A DNA stretch of 64,000 nucleotides from an uncultured virus (IMG/VR IMGVR_UViG_3300031853_000026) (IMGVR_UViG_3300031853_000026), one strand, 5' to 3'. Counted from the first letter of the stretch, positions 19,381-28,968 are shown. Program-made: numbers and translations. The notes: generated by a model not told the origin, from the sequence alone.

Positions 19381-20457
19381 TTACTGGCAAATCTGAGTTA
19401 TTACGAGCGAATACTTTTTCGTGTGAATTACTGGATTTGTTGTTTCAAATGTTTTGGATTCAGTAGCATTACTAGCCTGATCATTTTGAGAACAACAAGG
19501 ATCATAGACAACATTGTTCAGATTCACATAAGAATAACCAGATGCTAATGTTAAGTCTTCCGTTGTGATTATTACTTTGATTACAACCATATCATCAATG
19601 CTGATGTATTTTTCGCCGGTTTCATCAGAGAAACGATCACTTACACTATCGATAATTTTACAGATCACCTTCTCAATCGCCGAATTATTAGTGAAAGATT
19701 CATATCCTGATTTGATATCATTCATAGTACCCGTAAGTACTGGAGTATCCCAATCAACAGTAGTTCTCATAGAATATGTATGTGTTGGGTCTGGTATAAC
19801 TTCACCATTCATAATCAGAACAACCTCACCAACTCCGAACGAATATTTATTGAAGTTGTTGTAGAGAAATTCATAATCATCGTGCGAAATCTCTTTAAAT
19901 TTGTCGATAATTGGAAGTAGATTAAGGAAGAAATTGTAGTTCCGTTTGAAAGCAAGATAATAATCCTTACCAGTCTCGTAACCATCTGGAAGATTCTCAT
20001 TGCAATCTAACAATTCTTTCTCAATTAGAACTGTGGGATCAAGCAATGTCTCATCTGCGATTAAACAATCAGAACATGTTACTTCAATTGGTAATGTCTC
20101 TGCAAGATCTTTTTTCAACATCGGAGAATAATATCCAGTTCTTGGATCATAATAATCCTTGTACTTATCTGGTACTACCTTCGATGAACTATAATCACGA
20201 AAACCTTCTGTTCTTGGATCTGCTTTCTCCAAACAATGTTTAGGACATTTTACACATCTCCTCAAAAAGAACAAGTATTCCGGTGAATATTCCTCCAGAT
20301 CTATCTTACCATCTTCCGATATGTGCTTGGGATAGTCAATCTCTTTTCCACCAAGCTTCACACCAACACTCTTAACTGTCTCCAAATAAAGAGTATCAGT
20401 AGAATTATTAACATCGGAAATCGGAACAAATTCACTTATTTTTCTTTTTTCTGTCAT
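19381..20457 (-). CDS. Hypothetical protein with Cys motifs (CxxCxxxC, CxxC)
   Basis: 358-aa ORF; CVKCPKHC and CSDC. Confidence 0.85.
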   Translation of the reverse strand: MTEKRKISEFVPISDVNNSTDTLYLETVKSVGVKLGGKEIDYPKHISEDGKIDLEEYSPEYLFFLRRCVKCPKHCLEKADPRTEGFRDYSSSKVVPDKYKDYYDPRTGYYSPMLKKDLAETLPIEVTCSDCLIADETLLDPTVLIEKELLDCNENLPDGYETGKDYYLAFKRNYNFFLNLLPIIDKFKEISHDDYEFLYNNFNKYSFGVGEVVLIMNGEVIPDPTHTYSMRTTVDWDTPVLTGTMNDIKSGYESFTNNSAIEKVICKIIDSVSDRFSDETGEKYISIDDMVVIKVIITTEDLTLASGYSYVNLNNVVYDPCCSQNDQASNATESKTFETTNPVIHTKKYSLVITQICQ

Positions 20458-20514
20458 TTTCTGGTAATTTATTGTTAATCAATGAGTTATTTTATCAATT
20501 CTTAAGAATCTGAG

Positions 20515-20977
20515 AAGTTTCATTTTGCCCCGTACGTGCGTAATTGATTATCTAAAGCTACGCTACAACCTGAAAAATACCCTATGTACTTCCTAATGCC
20601 GGAGGCGATGATTGTCCAAGGAGGAACGACGCAGGACAATCATTTGGCTGGTGGGGTAGGCATTAGGTAATTCTTTTTATAAATCGATTTATAGGGGGCA
20701 AAAATTGGGTTCTTCATTTTGGACATTTTTTTGGCTAAAATTTACAAAAAATTGCGAAAATTTGCGAAAGGCATTTTTTACACCATGCCCTACAGATACC
20801 TGTAAGGCCGATTTGGACATTTTTTTGGCTAAAATTCGTAGCATTTTTTCGCCAGCTTATATAAATATAAAATTTTCGTTTTTTATATATAATATATAAT
20901 ATATAGCCTAAAATGCGTTCTTTATAAAAAAGCCCTTTAACATTCACCTCCCTCACGTACGGAGCAAAATATAACTT
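20515..20977. other. Non-coding element bounded by 26-bp imperfect inverted repeats, with internal direct repeats, a GC hairpin and an AT-rich tract (origin-like or MITE-like)
   Basis: Left IR AAGTTTCATTTTGCCCCGTACGTGCG; right IR reverse complement AAGTTATATTTTGCTCCGTACGTGAG; TTTGGACATTTTTTTGGCTAAAATT at about 20718 and 20812. Confidence 0.6.
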
Positions 20978-20990
20978 TTCCTAAAGCCTA

Positions 20991-21076
20991 ATTCCCTTAA
21001 ATACGGATAGAAATATAGACGTAAAAATTTATATTTCTATTCTATTTTTCTTTGCTATCAAAATAGATAACAATTT
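20991..21076 (+). promoter_or_regulatory. Promoter-like motif + hairpin + U-tract + TTTGCTATC leader
   Basis: ATTCCCTTAAATACG-GATAGAAATATAGA...TTTATATTTCTATT-CTATTTTTCTTTGCTATCAAAATAGATAACAATT. Confidence 0.6.
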
Positions 21077-21101
21077 TATTAATCTTTAATTATTTCATAT
21101 T

Positions 21102-21434
21102 ATGAAAACAAAAACAACTATTTTGCTTTTCCTCCTCTTGATCTGCTCAACAGCGTTTGGTCAGGAGGCTCAGCAGGCTGTTGCTGAAAGTTGCGAGAGA
21201 CTCGTATTCGGTGGAGTATGGACACTTACCGAAGCTAAGGCGATTATCTCCAGTCTCTTCGCTACTTTCTGTATCAGTGGCTTGTTGTCCATTCCCTTGA
21301 TCGCCACTTGGAATAGTGAAAACATCGCCACAATCGCCAGAATTCTTTTTTGGATTCCAGCAGTAGTAGCTATTATCTCCATAATTGGAATAATAGTCAT
21401 CGGGTTTGGAATTATGTTTTCAACAGCCGCGTAA
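21102..21434 (+). CDS. Membrane protein (signal peptide plus 2 TM segments)
   Basis: MKTKTTILLFLLLICSTAFG signal-like N-terminus and two hydrophobic helices. Confidence 0.85.
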   Translation: MKTKTTILLFLLLICSTAFGQEAQQAVAESCERLVFGGVWTLTEAKAIISSLFATFCISGLLSIPLIATWNSENIATIARILFWIPAVVAIISIIGIIVIGFGIMFSTAA

Positions 21435-21499
21435 AAAAGATAAGATAAGATATATTTAGACTTTTTACAGTTTTGAATATATCTTATCTTTTTTTTTCT

Positions 21500-23452
21500 T
21501 CAGAGTACTTTATAAATGGTTGGTTTAGAGCCATCGCTTAATAATTTACGAGACACATTTACTCTACCATTTAAGTATTCTACAAAATCACCAGCTTTTG
21601 GTTCTTTGTTGAATATCTTCAATTCATCATATATACCTTTAAGCATATCTTTTATTTCTGTTGCCGTGTATTCGTCTCCTGGCTTAACTATAGATCTAAT
21701 TTTTTCGATGATCCTGTCATTATTATCCTTGAGAACAGCTACTTCTTTTATTCTTGAAATTCTATAACCACATTGAGTACAAACATCAATACCGACCTGT
21801 GTAATTATGCTTGATATTCTGGCTGGTGTATGAGAGAGAACTTCCTCCCATTCAATGTCTGTTAATAGTGGTCTATATTCACAAACCAATCTCAATTTGT
21901 CCTGAAAATATTGTGCATTATGAACTTTTTCCATTAATTCAGGGACTTTGGAATTGGTTGATATTAGATTGGCGTCTGAGAATTGTAAAGGATTTGTATA
22001 GTCAGATAAAACTACGCTATAAGATCTTAATTCAGCGTACATAGCAAGATTGTTGAATATTACATCAACTGTACCATCTTCATTTTCTTGAAGCCCAACA
22101 TAATCCTTTTTGTACGCATTAGCTGATACAGAAATTCTTATCAAATCTTTCAAATAATTTTCGATATCAGCATTGGGGTTATTTATGGAGTTATAAGAGT
22201 CTATAACGAGATTAGTTTGTTTGATTTTTTCATCAACTTTCTCGTTAATTTCTTTTTCTGTGTATTTTTTATGAGATTTAACATAATAAAGATCAGCTAA
22301 ATTTCTCCACGGATTTTCTTTTAATCGCTGTCTTCCCATTATTTGGGGAATATCAAGAGCAATATCTACAGCTGTACAACCAACATTAGCATCTGACAAT
22401 ATAACAGTCTTTGCACAATCGGAATAAAAATCTGCCCCGAAATATGTTGTTCTTGTACAAAATGTAAACATTTTTCTTGGTTCTCCTTTAAGTGGAATAT
22501 GACCAATTTTGTACCAGCCGGATAAATTTTTCTTTAATAAATCCTCATTTCGTTTTGTTTTTGCACAGAGAATATTAACCTGTTCTGGCTTTAATTCTGT
22601 TTTCTTTATTAACTTAATAATATTAGAGACAGAATTTACATATATAACAATCTCATTTGCTTTTACGAGTTTTGGTTTACCATTATCATTAACATAAACC
22701 TCATCGTATTGATTGTCTTTGTATTTCTCAATTATACGTACACCAGCAGATATAACAGAGCTTACTGGATGTGTAGCTATGCAAGGTCTACTTACACGTA
22801 ATGGTTGTAGTTTTTCCCAATCCAATACGTAATAAGGAAGACCATTAAACATTTCTACCTTATCTAAGTAATTCTCCATCATCGGAGTAGCTGAAACAAA
22901 ACAAACATGATTAATACCCCTTAACTCATTAATAAATTCCAGTTCTGTGTCTGGTTTAAAGGAAGAATCAGTAAAGACTGACTGAAATTCATCCACTACA
23001 ACATGGTAATTATCAGCATTTTCCTTCAAACTCATTAACACTTGTTTAACATATTTGAATGAATCGTATGTAACAAGTATCTTTGCAAATTTATGATTTT
23101 TTCGACACTTTACAAGATAATTATATATGAGTGTTTGCAAATTACCCAATTGAGCGAGATCTGGATATTCAGGAGGTATTCTCTCAAGCATATCTACTTC
23201 CTGATTTTCCAAACCAATTACTGATGGGTTGATGTATAAAACATCTTTGGGGTGTTGTTCAGATTTATTTTCGAGAAGAAATTTCCTTGGACTACAGAGA
23301 ATCACATTTCTTTTTGTTGTTATGCAATATTCCGTAAAGCCACATCCAGGTAATTGCTTATCAATAATACAAGGATGATCAGGTAAGCTAAATTCCTTCC
23401 AATCAGAAATATATCGTATTCCAGGTGGTACAGGTAATACAGTTTTATTCAT
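21500..23452 (-). CDS. Superfamily 2 helicase-like protein with degenerate Walker A
   Basis: PGCGFT (I), LCSPR (Ia), VVVDEFQ (II), FVSATP (III), IYVNSV (IV), TYFGADF (V), QIMGRQR (VI). Confidence 0.8.
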   Translation of the reverse strand: MNKTVLPVPPGIRYISDWKEFSLPDHPCIIDKQLPGCGFTEYCITTKRNVILCSPRKFLLENKSEQHPKDVLYINPSVIGLENQEVDMLERIPPEYPDLAQLGNLQTLIYNYLVKCRKNHKFAKILVTYDSFKYVKQVLMSLKENADNYHVVVDEFQSVFTDSSFKPDTELEFINELRGINHVCFVSATPMMENYLDKVEMFNGLPYYVLDWEKLQPLRVSRPCIATHPVSSVISAGVRIIEKYKDNQYDEVYVNDNGKPKLVKANEIVIYVNSVSNIIKLIKKTELKPEQVNILCAKTKRNEDLLKKNLSGWYKIGHIPLKGEPRKMFTFCTRTTYFGADFYSDCAKTVILSDANVGCTAVDIALDIPQIMGRQRLKENPWRNLADLYYVKSHKKYTEKEINEKVDEKIKQTNLVIDSYNSINNPNADIENYLKDLIRISVSANAYKKDYVGLQENEDGTVDVIFNNLAMYAELRSYSVVLSDYTNPLQFSDANLISTNSKVPELMEKVHNAQYFQDKLRLVCEYRPLLTDIEWEEVLSHTPARISSIITQVGIDVCTQCGYRISRIKEVAVLKDNNDRIIEKIRSIVKPGDEYTATEIKDMLKGIYDELKIFNKEPKAGDFVEYLNGRVNVSRKLLSDGSKPTIYKVL

Positions 23453-23684
23453 TTAATTCTCTGTAAACATCGTACGCTGTATCAAGGAACTTGTGTACCT
23501 CCTCATCCCTGTCAAAACAATCAACATTTCTTTGGAATTGAACTATTCTCGCAATATCGTCTTTGCGATAGATTTCATCAGTCGCTATGAAGATAGACTG
23601 ACCATATCTCAATTCCGGGTGCTTGTTTCTCATGCCTATTGCTTTGTTGTAAATAGGCTCTTCAAATTGTTCTTTTGTAAGCAT
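23445..23684 (-). CDS. Small hypothetical protein
   Basis: 79 aa, LRYGQ..F..DCF motif, overlaps the helicase start. Confidence 0.75.
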   Translation of the reverse strand: MLTKEQFEEPIYNKAIGMRNKHPELRYGQSIFIATDEIYRKDDIARIVQFQRNVDCFDRDEEVHKFLDTAYDVYRELNE

Positions 23685-23803
23685 TTTTTATAATATTTTA
23701 ATTGATTTAACTTATTTATTAGATTTTGAATTGTTTATTATTCTTACTATACCACCCATAAATCTTAACATTGAGTTAATAATAAAAAAAAAAACACAGT
23801 ATC

Positions 23804-24376
23804 ATGATTACAAAACCACCTGCTTGGAAAAATTGTAAAGAGAGGAATTATTACAAGTCAGAACTAGAGGTCCGGAAATTCTTTCTAGAAAGAATTAGAC
23901 AAAGCATAAAAGAACGGGGTCAATCAACTTTAGTTAAGACTTGGTATCCCTGCTGGTATTTTATTACTAACAATTGGGAATTTCAAGAATTCTTAAGTGA
24001 AACAGTTCACTATAATGCTTCTCTTTTTCCTGAACTTTTTTACAAAGGTAGAATAATATCTGATAAAGGGAGAATTTATCTAACAGCTGAGGATACAACC
24101 AAAATGATACCAACACTAAAAGCTGATATGACTAACTTGAAACTTTCTCAGTATCTTATCCCGGATGAAGAATCTGAATATCTAAAAAAGAGGATATTAA
24201 GAGAAGAAGGATATCTATTGAAAGAGAAGGAGTATGGTTATTCAGTAACGCCTCATTTTGAGAAGCTTATGGAAGAGGAAATTAACCCTAATCATGGATT
24301 CAAATTCGCTTTGGACCCTATTCAAGGTTGGGTAGTCAAATTACCGGTAATAGAAGTTTATCCAAAAACACATTAA
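23804..24376 (+). CDS. Hypothetical protein, paralog family B
   Basis: RKFFLERIRQSI...RILREEGY...WVVKLP. Confidence 0.8.
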   Translation: MITKPPAWKNCKERNYYKSELEVRKFFLERIRQSIKERGQSTLVKTWYPCWYFITNNWEFQEFLSETVHYNASLFPELFYKGRIISDKGRIYLTAEDTTKMIPTLKADMTNLKLSQYLIPDEESEYLKKRILREEGYLLKEKEYGYSVTPHFEKLMEEEINPNHGFKFALDPIQGWVVKLPVIEVYPKTH

Positions 24377-24378
24377 CA

Positions 24379-24987
24379 ATGTCATTAGCAGAAGAATTAA
24401 AGAAGGAATTTAGAGATGATGAAGAGGAGTTTCACGTGAGAGCTCCGAGAAAGTATTTTCTAGATTCTATAGAACATCAAATAAGAAACAGCGACAAACA
24501 TGTTGCTCGTATACTCGATTTTCGGAATGGAGGAAAATATTTACTACTCCACAGAATAAGCATATTTGGTGATGTGATGGATGCTTGGGATAGTAAATTT
24601 GGATCTAAATCTTATATTCCAGAAAATCAGCAAATATCTATAGAGAAGGTGATGTACGATGGAAATATAGAGTACAGAACTGGAAGATTGTTCTTATCTT
24701 GTAATGATAGTCTCTGGTATGATAGAAACACAAAACAGTATACTTCTAAACCTGAACTAGATATTACTGAATGTAATATAAGTCAGATCGTGGTTGTATC
24801 TGATGACATGTTCGAAAATAGAATGAATATCTTAAAGGAAGAGGGATTTATAGTAGAAAGGGTTGATGATGAGGAAGTTTTTGCCAAAATGTCCCCTGCA
24901 TATTTCTATAATCTGAATGTTCCGTTTATCTATAGCGAGAGTTATCCTGGTATACATATACCCGTATATTACGTGAAATTACCGTAA
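24379..24987 (+). CDS. Hypothetical protein, paralog family B
   Basis: RKYFLDSIEHQI...NILKEEGF...YYVKLP; start reassigned to ATG 24379. Confidence 0.8.
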   Translation: MSLAEELKKEFRDDEEEFHVRAPRKYFLDSIEHQIRNSDKHVARILDFRNGGKYLLLHRISIFGDVMDAWDSKFGSKSYIPENQQISIEKVMYDGNIEYRTGRLFLSCNDSLWYDRNTKQYTSKPELDITECNISQIVVVSDDMFENRMNILKEEGFIVERVDDEEVFAKMSPAYFYNLNVPFIYSESYPGIHIPVYYVKLP

Positions 24988-25007
24988 TTAATTCTTACGG
25001 AATTTTC

Positions 25008-25092
25008 ACCTTCAAACTCTTATATATGTAATAAATAACATAACATTTTAATTACCTAAAGTCCAAAGCAAAAGCTTTGGACTTTTATTTTT
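25008..25092 (+). promoter_or_regulatory. Promoter-like motif + hairpin + U-tract module
   Basis: CCTTCAAACTCTTATATATG, then AAAGTCCAAAGC-AAAA-GCTTTGGACTTT-TATTTTT. Confidence 0.65.
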
Positions 25093-25174
25093 ATCGAAAA
25101 TTCATCCCAGCACAGGGAATTCAAAAGGGCAAAAGTGCATAAAAGTAGCTCTTAACATAATAAAACTATAAAAA

Positions 25175-25513
25175 ATGGTAACAACATTGATCATCTCTAT
25201 TGCGGACAAGAAGGTCCGCATCTGTTTCGAAGGCAACTTTAAAAATGTTGCTTTCAACACTGAGACCCAACATCGTGTCGGCAATATCCTTGCTAACAAG
25301 CTCAGGGAGCGCAAGCTCAACTGGGCTCGTAGAGGTGTTTTCAGACTCTATGGTGTTGGAAAAGAGTTCGGCCTTACCGGCCGGCTCGAACCTGCTCTTG
25401 GTTTCGGGGGTGATACCCTCCCAGTTAAGTTGTCGTATGACACACTGGCTGGAGAGGACATGGGTCTCGAACTCCCCAGCTTCATCATCAGGCTTGAGGA
25501 GTGGAGATCTTAA
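25175..25513 (+). CDS. Hypothetical protein (higher-GC cassette)
   Basis: A-run before ATG; followed by a CA-rich tail and terminator (25560-25617). Confidence 0.75.
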   Translation: MVTTLIISIADKKVRICFEGNFKNVAFNTETQHRVGNILANKLRERKLNWARRGVFRLYGVGKEFGLTGRLEPALGFGGDTLPVKLSYDTLAGEDMGLELPSFIIRLEEWRS

Positions 25514-25679
25514 TCTTAATCTTAATCCCCACCAACCCACGCACAGCGCACACACATGCAAAAAAAAACGATTTAGCTAGACAAATTCAACAATGTCTAC
25601 CTGAGTCGTTTTTTTTTCTTCAAAGCCTTATTATTGAACAAATAATTAAATATATTAATTTTAAAAATCATAAAAAAAA

Positions 25680-26414
25680 ATGGCAACAAAATATACTTTA
25701 AATAGAGTTATGGCTTCCTCTAATAAAAAGCCATTCGTAACATTGTTCATGCTACAGAGCCCTGATGGTAAGATCAGCTCTGGTAGCACTGACTCGATGG
25801 ACGCTGACTCTGATTTCTCTCGGATCAAGGGAGTGAAAGAAGGTCTTCACCAGTATTACGAACTGGAGAAAGAGACCGATGAGTGGTCTCTCAACACAGG
25901 TCGTGTTATGGAGAAGATCGGAGTCAACTCTCCGTCTTTCCGGAGGAATAAGATTCCGGTATTGAAGTTTGTCATCATTGACAACAAACCACACCTCAAT
26001 GAAACGGGATTGGAGAATCTCTGTAATTGGGTTGGTGAGTTATACATTGTGACGACGAATCTAAAACATCCAGCTTGGAATTTAAGGGATGAGTTGAGTA
26101 ATCTCACAGTCCTCTTTTACGACAAGTTGGATCTGGATCGCCTCCTTAAAGACCTGTATGGGTTGGGTTGTGATAGACTTACTTTACAGGCAGGAGGAAC
26201 AATGAACGGGAAGTTCGTTAGGGAAAAGCTTATCAACAAGATAAGCATCGTTATTGCTCCTCTTTTAGTAGGCGGCAAGGATGTCCCAACTCTTGTAGAC
26301 GGAGACAGTCTCACCAGTCCAGATGACCTCGGCAAACTCATGGTCTTAAAGCTTACTAGGGCAAAGCCATTGAAAAACAGCTACTTATGGCTCGAATATG
26401 ATGTCGTAAGTTAA
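25680..26414 (+). CDS. RibD C-terminal / dihydrofolate reductase-family reductase
   Basis: KPFVTLFMLQSPDGKIS, LTLQAGGTMNG, IAPLLVGG..PTLVDG, LWLEY. Confidence 0.85.
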   Translation: MATKYTLNRVMASSNKKPFVTLFMLQSPDGKISSGSTDSMDADSDFSRIKGVKEGLHQYYELEKETDEWSLNTGRVMEKIGVNSPSFRRNKIPVLKFVIIDNKPHLNETGLENLCNWVGELYIVTTNLKHPAWNLRDELSNLTVLFYDKLDLDRLLKDLYGLGCDRLTLQAGGTMNGKFVREKLINKISIVIAPLLVGGKDVPTLVDGDSLTSPDDLGKLMVLKLTRAKPLKNSYLWLEYDVVS

Positions 26415-26416
26415 GT

Positions 26417-26519
26417 AAAAAAATTCACATAGAAATACATTTAATAGTAAATCTATGTGAATTTTTTTTATTTTAAGGGAACAAAAAAATAACCAACAAC
26501 TGTGAATTGTTGGTTATTT
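26417..26519. terminator. Pair of terminators between convergent genes
   Basis: TTCACATAGA...TCTATGTGAA-T-run (+) and AATAACCAACAA...TTGTTGGTTATT (-). Confidence 0.75.
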
Positions 26520-26538
26520 AGTGAGAGATCCGGCTAAA

Positions 26539-27654
26539 CTACATCTTCAGTCTGTGAAGATTTTGGATAGCCCATTGGTGAGCCATCTTCAGCGCGGCAA
26601 TGGAATTCATACCAATACGCGCCTTGGACATGTCCTTCGTCCAGCCATAACGGTTGTAGGTGTTTTCACCGCTGCCGTTTACGGAGAGAATAATCTCCTG
26701 GTCGGACTCATATACAAAGTTTTTACTGTAGTTGTCTACAGATATCTCTGCAGTGGAATAACCCACGCAGGTATTGTATATGAGCTGCCACTCGTCTGGC
26801 TTTGGACTTTTTAGCTCTACTCCTGACGCAGTGAATAGCTTTTCCTGTGTCGGAAATGTTCCGATGAAGGTTAAGCATCCTTTGTCCGGGGTATTGCCGG
26901 GGCCATAGTACCTGGCACTACCAAATACCCTCTCTTGAAGCCAAGAATAAGTTCCCGACTTCAAGCCGCCTGCACCAAGAGATCCACTGGCTACGAGATT
27001 CTTTAGTAATGCGGCTCTGGAAACAGAGTCCATCATCACCAAGACATCTTCGCCATCAAGCATGCTCTTGGTAGCGTGTGCGAGGATACTTTCTATCCTG
27101 TCACATGCCTTTTCAGGCTCGTCTGCGCTACTGGTGACATACTCAAGGTACGTCGGTACAGCAGAGCCGAGAAGAGCCATTTTGGCGTCTTGGGCATCTA
27201 CTAGCCTTTCAGCACAAGCTATGTAATAAGCCCGACTGAACTTCCTCGGGGTTGCACTCTTGGCCGGGTAGTCGTGCCTGATGCCAGTAAGCCATTTGGC
27301 TATTAACTGACACAGATATGATTTACCTGCTCCTGGAGCTGCACCAAGGATCACTATGTTGCCCTTGACGAGACCAACCAGAAAGTCGAGCATCAGGGCT
27401 CGTACCTGGTCTCTCTCTGACATCCCAGCCGTTTCGAAATAGACCGGAATTTCAGGCTTAAGAGACCTGTTGATCGTCCTAAGGACGGAAAGATCTCTCT
27501 CCTCGAGGTCTTTGTAGATTTTCTTGACCTCAAGTGTTGAATAATTGGCAATTGAATTAATAAACAAGTTTGCCATTTTATATAAAGCGCCGTATAAACC
27601 ATATAGGTAGTCAGAACTTAATGCGCCTCCCGCTGACATTTTAAATGATCCCAT
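26539..27654 (-). CDS. rho: Transcription termination factor Rho homolog (ATPase domain, short N-terminus)
   Basis: GAAPGAGKS P-loop, AERL (DERP), SSADEP (STFDEP), GEDVLVMMDSVSR (KDVIILLDSITR), GGL, VFGSAR (FFGAAR), GCLTFIGT (GSLTIIAT); known Rho motifs in brackets. Confidence 0.85.
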   Translation of the reverse strand: MGSFKMSAGGALSSDYLYGLYGALYKMANLFINSIANYSTLEVKKIYKDLEERDLSVLRTINRSLKPEIPVYFETAGMSERDQVRALMLDFLVGLVKGNIVILGAAPGAGKSYLCQLIAKWLTGIRHDYPAKSATPRKFSRAYYIACAERLVDAQDAKMALLGSAVPTYLEYVTSSADEPEKACDRIESILAHATKSMLDGEDVLVMMDSVSRAALLKNLVASGSLGAGGLKSGTYSWLQERVFGSARYYGPGNTPDKGCLTFIGTFPTQEKLFTASGVELKSPKPDEWQLIYNTCVGYSTAEISVDNYSKNFVYESDQEIILSVNGSGENTYNRYGWTKDMSKARIGMNSIAALKMAHQWAIQNLHRLKM

Positions 27655-28057
27655 GATTTCACAAAGAACTAACTTTATGGGTTAATTATTTTCGGTTAAG
27701 TATTCAATAGAATACCTTTCAACCTATTTAGTTCTAGCTCTTTTGACCCATTATAAAATGGTACTTCTCGGCTAAGTGGATAAGAGATAACCAACCGCAT
27801 GATTCAATTAAATAGAACCAAGACCTATAATATAATTGCCTTTTATAGGTGTTTTTATATATATATTTTTTTTGTTTTTTTTTCTATTTTTGTGTTGTTT
27901 ATGTTATAGAAAATTTTTTTTAGTTGTTTTTAAAATAATTTAAATAATTGTGTGATTTCCAGCTAAAAGAATAGAATAGTTATAGAATTATAATATGCTG
28001 GTTAATATAGAAAAATTTAGTTGTTTATTATAAAATATCTTGAAAGATTCTAAACCT

Positions 28058-28131
28058 CGAAAAATAATAGTAGATGAATATAACACTCATCTACTTACTT
28101 TTTCTCTACTCATATATAAGGCTTTGAAGGA
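28058..28131 (-). promoter_or_regulatory. Promoter-like motif + hairpin + U-tract upstream of the rho-like leader
   Basis: CCTTCAAAGCCTTATATATG...AGTAGATGA-GTGTTATAT-TCATCTACT-ATTATTTTT. Confidence 0.6.
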
Positions 28132-28239
28132 AAGCCCCTTTTACGAAAATAAGTAAAAATATTATATAATTCAGATATAAGATTATTAAGGGGGATAAAA
28201 AATAACACCCCAACACTATTTATGTGTCAGGGTGTTATT

Positions 28240-28968
28240 TTATTCAATTTCACCTTGGGGATTTGGGTCTTCAACTCCCAAAAATTCCTCAAGTTCAGGG
28301 GGATAGGTCGGTGATGGTCCGATTCCGAGACATTTCCATTTCATGTCCTTGTAAAATCCAACATGTGAATCATGGTAATGTCCGTAATACCATCTGTCCG
28401 CTGTAACCGTGTAGACTACTTGATTAAGGTATTCTCTCTCCTCTTCAACGTCATTGTAAAGATCATCATCTTCATTAAACATCTTTATATGAAGAGGGTC
28501 AAAAATACCTGGTGCTTGATGGGATACTATGATATCTACTTTTACTGGAAGAGTTTTCATATCAACTCTCTTCACCTTTTCTTCAGGCCACCAGGTCTTT
28601 CCTTCTATTCGGTCTGAATGATTTCTATCAAAAGAAACAGCTCCACCAATAGGAAGGATTTTTAGACCGGCTATGTCATAAACCTTGTAGTCTTCCATGA
28701 AGGTGACATATTCTTTCGAGTATGTTTCTTCATTGTTGAAGTATTCTGGGTTGTCATGATTACCTCTAACTATCCAGAAATGACAGTTAGCCTTTTTGAG
28801 CTTGGGTTCAACTCTTTTATAAACGTTGTTCCAGCTCTTATCAAAACCAACACCAAAGTCTCCGCAAACTACAACATCTACGTCGCTTATATTCATTTCA
28901 CAGGTAATTCTATTTACCAATGCAGGGAAAAATCCGTGTACATCCCCACTAAAAATCAATCTTCTCAT
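28240..28968 (-). CDS. Calcineurin-like metallophosphoesterase
   Basis: GDVHG, CGDFG, RGNHD, VSH, YGHYH. Confidence 0.9.
   Translation of the reverse strand: MRRLIFSGDVHGFFPALVNRITCEMNISDVDVVVCGDFGVGFDKSWNNVYKRVEPKLKKANCHFWIVRGNHDNPEYFNNEETYSKEYVTFMEDYKVYDIAGLKILPIGGAVSFDRNHSDRIEGKTWWPEEKVKRVDMKTLPVKVDIIVSHQAPGIFDPLHIKMFNEDDDLYNDVEEEREYLNQVVYTVTADRWYYGHYHDSHVGFYKDMKWKCLGIGPSPTYPPELEEFLGVEDPNPQGEIE

Noticed and set aside
20705..20956. Two short ORFs inside the IR-bounded element
   Set aside because: They are low-complexity translations of repeats and the AT tract, with non-ATG starts.
25166..25580. Alternative overlapping ORFs 25166..25561(-) and 25200..25580(+)
   Set aside because: 25175..25513 has the A-run ATG, promoter module, CA tail and terminator; the others run into the terminator.
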